Assembly: GCA_044226015.1 (NCBI GenBank)
Contig: JBGAHS010000011.1
Coordinates: 128,001-192,000 of the forward strand
Direction: 5' to 3'
DNA length: 64,000 nt
Source of the DNA: Candidatus Obscuribacteraceae bacterium
GTDB taxonomy: Bacteria; Cyanobacteriota; Vampirovibrionia; Obscuribacterales; Obscuribacteraceae
Shown: positions 59,529 to 64,000 of the stretch, piece after piece
How positions within the stretch are numbered: the first letter of the stretch is position 1
Layout: each line of letters opens with the position of its first letter
Translations under genes and position numbers: made by a program
Notes under the pieces: generated by a model
What the model saw: only the letters and a program-made list of their open reading frames with translations
Told to the model about the DNA's origin: nothing
Databases searched by the model: none

Positions 59529-60461
59529 TTGCAGACTGTTCTACCAATAGCAAAGGAATACGAGCCGTTTCTCACCAGGCGGTCAATTGGCTATCGATTG
59601 AAAAAGCTATCTGCAATTTTGAGCAGAGAAATAAATTTGGAGCTTGAGCCATTTGATCTGACAAGAAATCACTGGACCATTCTGGGTTGCCTCTGGCAAC
59701 AAAATGGGGTTTCTGTCAGCGAAATCTCGCAACAAGCGCAGCAGATAGGTGGAACCATAACCGGCGTTCTTGACAGAATGGAAAAGAGAAAGCTATTGAA
59801 GCGCAAGCGAGACAGAAAAGACAAACGAATCTGGCGAGTACATCTCAGCGATGAGGGAGTTGCTCTTCTAGATGTACTGCCACCAGTGGTGAAACGACTG
59901 TGGGATAGAGGTCTGACTGGTTTCACAGAGGAGGAGAGAGTTAGATTCTCAAACCTGATCGATCTCGGCATAAGAAATCTCTGCCCGGACTATTTTGCTC
60001 ACTTGCCTGAACGACAGTTCAATCTTCCCTATCAATCCTATTTGCCACCGAACTCTCTCGGCTACAGGATCAAACTTTTAGCCTTGGCTATGGGCCGAAT
60101 ATTCACAGACAAAATCGCGGAGAACAATGTCACAGTCAGTCACTGGATTGTTCTCTGCAGACTCTGGCAATCGGATGGAGTTTCTGTTTCAGAAGTAGGC
60201 GGCTACATTGAGCAGATCGGCGGCACTGTTTCTGGTGTGCTCGAGCGCATGGAAGACCGTGGTCTTATCGAAAGGAAGCAAAACCCAAACGACAAGCGCT
60301 GCTGGAAAGTTTTTCTCAGCAACGCTGGTGCAGAATTAGCAAATGTTTTGCCACCTAAAGCTAAGGCAGTTCTTGATCAAATGCTTTTTCAAATGAGCGC
60401 AGATGACCTGGAGTTCTTTAGCTCTTCGATTGATCGTTTGATTGCAAACTTCAGCGACTAA
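59529..60461 (+). CDS. Tandem double-MarR transcriptional regulator (start 59472 or TTG 59529)
   Basis: Two copies of S.GYR.K.L...HW..L..LWQ..GVSVSE.....QIGGT..GVL.RME.R.L..R.....DKR.W.V.LS..G. Confidence 0.88.
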   Translation: MQTVLPIAKEYEPFLTRRSIGYRLKKLSAILSREINLELEPFDLTRNHWTILGCLWQQNGVSVSEISQQAQQIGGTITGVLDRMEKRKLLKRKRDRKDKRIWRVHLSDEGVALLDVLPPVVKRLWDRGLTGFTEEERVRFSNLIDLGIRNLCPDYFAHLPERQFNLPYQSYLPPNSLGYRIKLLALAMGRIFTDKIAENNVTVSHWIVLCRLWQSDGVSVSEVGGYIEQIGGTVSGVLERMEDRGLIERKQNPNDKRCWKVFLSNAGAELANVLPPKAKAVLDQMLFQMSADDLEFFSSSIDRLIANFSD

Positions 60462-61155
60462 TATCGACTCGAATAGCAACTTTTCGAATAACGTCGCGTA
60501 TAGTTTGTGCTTCATCAATGTCACGCTGATGTAATTGAGAAAGCTCTTTTTCTCGAGCTGTCATGGAATTCTCCACAGCCTTACGAGCATCGTTTACATC
60601 ATCAAACAATTTGCTCAACCTTGGATGATTTTGCAAACCATCATGCACTCGAGCTGTTCGATCTTCAGCCGTCTCACCGGGCTTCCACTGCAACAAGGTC
60701 AGCACTCTTTCATACTCTTTGCTGGGCAGATTTCTTGCTTTATCAAAGAGCTTGTTTGTCTTATTGGAATAATCCTCATCCAGAGCGGACCTTCCTGGAA
60801 CTTTTTCAGCTTCTTTCTCCATTTCAGACTGCCGCCCGGCAGCGTCTTCTTCCAAACTCACTCTCAATTTTTGCGATGCTGGACCAAACTTCAAAACAGC
60901 GGCTTCCTTATCGGCGGCTGCAGCAAATTCTCCAACCAATTTCTGAAACTCCACCATTTGCGGTGAAGCGTCGTCATGTTTTCCCTTCGAAAAATCGGTC
61001 AACTCTTTATCTAGCCTGGCCGCGACATCATCTTTAGATGCAGCCTCCTGAGACTTCTCGACTGCCACAGTCCGTTCATTAGCCTCTTCGAGAAAGGCTG
61101 TTCTCGCAACTGATTCCTTAACTTCTGATGCCCGCGTGAAAACAAAGTCTTCCAT
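60451..61155 (-). CDS. Hypothetical helical protein (start likely ATG 61155)
   Basis: GGAG RBS before MEDFVF; charged helical sequence; no motif recognised. Confidence 0.6.
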   Translation of the reverse strand: MEDFVFTRASEVKESVARTAFLEEANERTVAVEKSQEAASKDDVAARLDKELTDFSKGKHDDASPQMVEFQKLVGEFAAAADKEAAVLKFGPASQKLRVSLEEDAAGRQSEMEKEAEKVPGRSALDEDYSNKTNKLFDKARNLPSKEYERVLTLLQWKPGETAEDRTARVHDGLQNHPRLSKLFDDVNDARKAVENSMTAREKELSQLHQRDIDEAQTIRDVIRKVAIRVDISR

Positions 61156-61406
61156 GTTAAAGACTCCCCAAAAAGCAGTGTTAGCCCCAAGCATTCCAAT
61201 ATCACCATAATCAGCAAAAAGCCTCCGACCAATGTGGTAAACACCACACAGAAATTAATACGGCCTTATCTTCTTGAATCAATGTTTCTTGTTGCAGCGC
61301 AGCTCTCGATTTACTGCTTAATAAACAGGTCTTCATCTAAGCTCGGAGATAAAGTTAGCTACCAACTTCAATATAATTCAGAACAAGACAAATGCAGGTG
61401 CGGTAA

Positions 61407-62636
61407 ATGCCAAACAAAAAGCTGGAAGATCCAACTAATCCAATAAGCGATGAATTCATGTGCGACCCGTATCCCTCATACGATGAGCTACGAAGCAATG
61501 CACCTATTTTTTGGAGTGAAAAGGGCAAGTATTGGATCGTCACCAGTTACGATATTGCAAATCAAATCACGAAAGATTTGCGCTTCGGTAAGCGCCTTGA
61601 GCGATGGAACCATCTGAATCCACTTGCAAAAGTACTACCGGGTCCTGCAAAACTTATTCGCTCTCGCAAGAATTGGATGCTAAATGCCAATCCACCAGAG
61701 CACACACACTTACGCTCACTGGTTAATAAGGCATTTACTCCAAAAATGATCGAACAGATGCGCGCTCACATCCAACAGATAGCAGACAGGCTGATAGATG
61801 GTGTTTTGCCCGCAGGGAAAATGGAGTTCATAGGCCAGTTTGCGTTTCCAATTCCTATCACGGTTATTGCAGAAATGTTAGGCATTCCATCTGCAGACCA
61901 TTCAAAATTTAGAGAACTGTCGAACACTTTAACGCAAACTCTCGAACCTGGTTATTCAATGGAAGTCTTAAACCAGGCAGTAAAAGCGCATGATGAGCTC
62001 ACATCCTATCTTGAACCCGTAGTTGACGAGCGCCGGAAGAGCCCAGGAACTGATCTAATATCAGCACTCTTACTCGCCGAGGAAAACGGCGAGACACTCT
62101 CCGCAGAAGATATAATCGGCAACGTAATACTGATGCTGGTGGCAGGTCATGAGACCACGGTGAATCTCATTGGCAATGGCATGTTGGCTCTTCTAAAGCA
62201 CAGCGATCAGATGGAGCTTTTAAAAGGGAAGCCAGAACTCATTGAATCAGCTGTAGAAGAATGCCTTCGCTACGATTCGCCTGTGCAGACAGTCAAGCGA
62301 ATCGTAGAAGACAACATGGAATATCACGGACAAAAAATGAAAAAAGGTGACATGGTCATACTGTTTCTTGGTGCCTGCAATCGTGACCCCGATGCATTCA
62401 GTGATGCAAACAGATTTGACATCACCCGCACACCTAACAAACATCTATCTTTCTCTGCAGGAATTCACCATTGCCTCGGAGCATTCCTTGCTAGAGTCGA
62501 AGGACAGATAGCTCTAAGCACTATACTCAAACGTATTCCCGACATCAGAATGGCGGAGCAAAAACTTGAATATAAACACCCGTACAACCTGCGCGGCGTA
62601 AAAGAACTGCATCTAGTTTATAGCCCTCAAAACTAA
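61407..62636 (+). CDS. Cytochrome P450
   Basis: PPEHT.LR.LV.KAFTP, AGHETT, EECLRYDSP, heme motif FSAGIHHCLG. Confidence 0.95.
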   Translation: MPNKKLEDPTNPISDEFMCDPYPSYDELRSNAPIFWSEKGKYWIVTSYDIANQITKDLRFGKRLERWNHLNPLAKVLPGPAKLIRSRKNWMLNANPPEHTHLRSLVNKAFTPKMIEQMRAHIQQIADRLIDGVLPAGKMEFIGQFAFPIPITVIAEMLGIPSADHSKFRELSNTLTQTLEPGYSMEVLNQAVKAHDELTSYLEPVVDERRKSPGTDLISALLLAEENGETLSAEDIIGNVILMLVAGHETTVNLIGNGMLALLKHSDQMELLKGKPELIESAVEECLRYDSPVQTVKRIVEDNMEYHGQKMKKGDMVILFLGACNRDPDAFSDANRFDITRTPNKHLSFSAGIHHCLGAFLARVEGQIALSTILKRIPDIRMAEQKLEYKHPYNLRGVKELHLVYSPQN

Positions 62637-62676
62637 ACATGCAGACCGCAACTAAGTATCAGCTTTCTGGACGAGG

Positions 62677-64000
62677 CTAGTCCATTTCCCCAACATAGCC
62701 AACATCAAAGCCGCCAAGTAGAATGCTTAGTTCTCCTACCTTTGTTTGTCTGCGGAAGCGAAACTCCACGGCCAGTCCATTCTGAGTGTACGTAACGCGC
62801 GGGGCACCGCCGGCGGGACCATCCTTATAATCGTTAAAAGGAGGAGCTGGCATCGTTGTTGTAGCGAAATCATCTTGTCGACTGACAGTAGGAGGCACGC
62901 CGGTTCCACCACCGCCAACTGCTTTGCCTTTGCCTTTTCCTTGACCGCCGATTTCCATTTCATCCACATAATCATAGACAAAGCGGTGAGGGCGCCAGTA
63001 CGTCTCTGCCATGTAGTCTTGAGATCTTGGCACTTTTGCTATCAGTCCTTGAACACGTTTAAGCATTGCCTGCTCGCTCTTTCGAGAACACAATGGTGAA
63101 TTTTTCCCCAGAGTGTTAGAAGCTACCGTACTGCACTCCATCGTGTCGCCATCGTGCATACCGCCAGCCTCGTATCCACGAACACGAACCAGATCGCGCT
63201 CGTAAAAATCAAATTTATTGGTTCCCTCAAAATCAATTTTCTTAAGATTGAACGAACCAGATTTACCCTTATCGGGTAGATTCATCTCAATCCCCGTAAT
63301 CTTCCAGGACTTCGTTTTCGAATCCAATTCTTCGCCATCAGCCAGCTCTGCATACAACTGCTTCTCACCAACCACAGTATAGGGATAAGGCTTTATCGAT
63401 TTCGTGCGATATAGAATTGAGCCATCTTTTGAAAAGCTGTAGATGTGAAGGATGCCAGCCGGTATATCACCAATCGTGACAGGCGCCAGTGTCATTGGGT
63501 CTGGAGCCTTCCACAATACTGTCGGAGATGGTGGGGCTTCAAACTGGGCTGGGGAACTGCCTCCGCTGGAAGACTTTAACATATTCAAAACAGAACTTAT
63601 ATTGATTCGCGAACCTGCATTGCGAATCCAATCATAGATTCCCAATCGTATAGCCTCCGCAGCCACTGGCGGATCAGAAGTCCAAGTTGGAAGAGGATTC
63701 CATTTTGGGCTATCAATGCTTGCAAGCGGGAGGTCAACCGGAAAGTCGCCACCATCAGCGGAAAGTATGTCACACTTCTTTTTCTTCAATTCGTCCCACT
63801 CTAACAAATCCGCTGGACAATTGATTTCATCGATGGAGCCGTCGGGAAAGCTAATAGTTAGAGCACCACCCATCGGATGCACAACATCGTTGCCGGGAGA
63901 AGCACAGGAAGAAAAATGCTGCACATAGGACTTACCCTGGTCATAGACTTTCTGATCAGCATCAATTCGAATCACCGAATGCATCTGGAAAGGAAGCCCG
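62677..64000 (-). CDS. Hypothetical protein, 5' end outside window
   Basis: Frame stays open to the window edge (..GLPFQMHSVIRI..); >435 aa; no motif recognised with confidence. Confidence 0.7.
   Translation of the reverse strand, partial: GLPFQMHSVIRIDADQKVYDQGKSYVQHFSSCASPGNDVVHPMGGALTISFPDGSIDEINCPADLLEWDELKKKKCDILSADGGDFPVDLPLASIDSPKWNPLPTWTSDPPVAAEAIRLGIYDWIRNAGSRINISSVLNMLKSSSGGSSPAQFEAPPSPTVLWKAPDPMTLAPVTIGDIPAGILHIYSFSKDGSILYRTKSIKPYPYTVVGEKQLYAELADGEELDSKTKSWKITGIEMNLPDKGKSGSFNLKKIDFEGTNKFDFYERDLVRVRGYEAGGMHDGDTMECSTVASNTLGKNSPLCSRKSEQAMLKRVQGLIAKVPRSQDYMAETYWRPHRFVYDYVDEMEIGGQGKGKGKAVGGGGTGVPPTVSRQDDFATTTMPAPPFNDYKDGPAGGAPRVTYTQNGLAVEFRFRRQTKVGELSILLGGFDVGYVGEMD

Noticed and set aside
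60507..61037. + strand ORFs of 176 and 143 aa
   Set aside because: Antisense to the better-supported minus-strand ORF with an RBS.
1..64000. CRISPR array, tRNA/rRNA, transposase, integrase, reverse transcriptase/DGR, prophage
   Set aside because: No regularly spaced DNA repeats, RNA-gene hallmarks or catalytic motifs seen; repeats in the giant genes are degenerate at DNA level.

Overview
Bacterial chromosomal window. Gene content (cyanobacterial SigG-type ECF sigma factor, futalosine-pathway mqnA, many TPR and Ser/Thr kinase-TPR proteins, giant Gly/Ser/Asn-rich exoproteins, no photosynthesis genes here) suggests a non-photosynthetic cyanobacterial relative such as Melainabacteria/Obscuribacterales; this is an inference. 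The left ~39 kb is a surface-structure region. It holds two divergent paralogous type IV minor-pilin-like operons (PilV/PilW/PilX-like) and three 2.7-3.2 kaa paralogous adhesin-like proteins that share N- and C-terminal modules but show no export signature I recognise. The right part is housekeeping/accessory: lipoate ligase family, pdp, mqnA, TPR proteins, HxlR/rhodanese, IscA + YgfZ-TPR, an intact plus an internally deleted kinase pair, an RND pump with a tandem-MarR regulator, and a P450. The best candidate for an undescribed system is a ~210-nt structured, terminator-ended intergenic RNA (17703-17913) with three CUGGGGG motifs. These are complementary to C-rich (U)CCCCCAG motifs at the 5' ends of the pilV-like, pilX-like and first giant-adhesin genes. 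All structure and similarity calls were made by eye and need computational confirmation.
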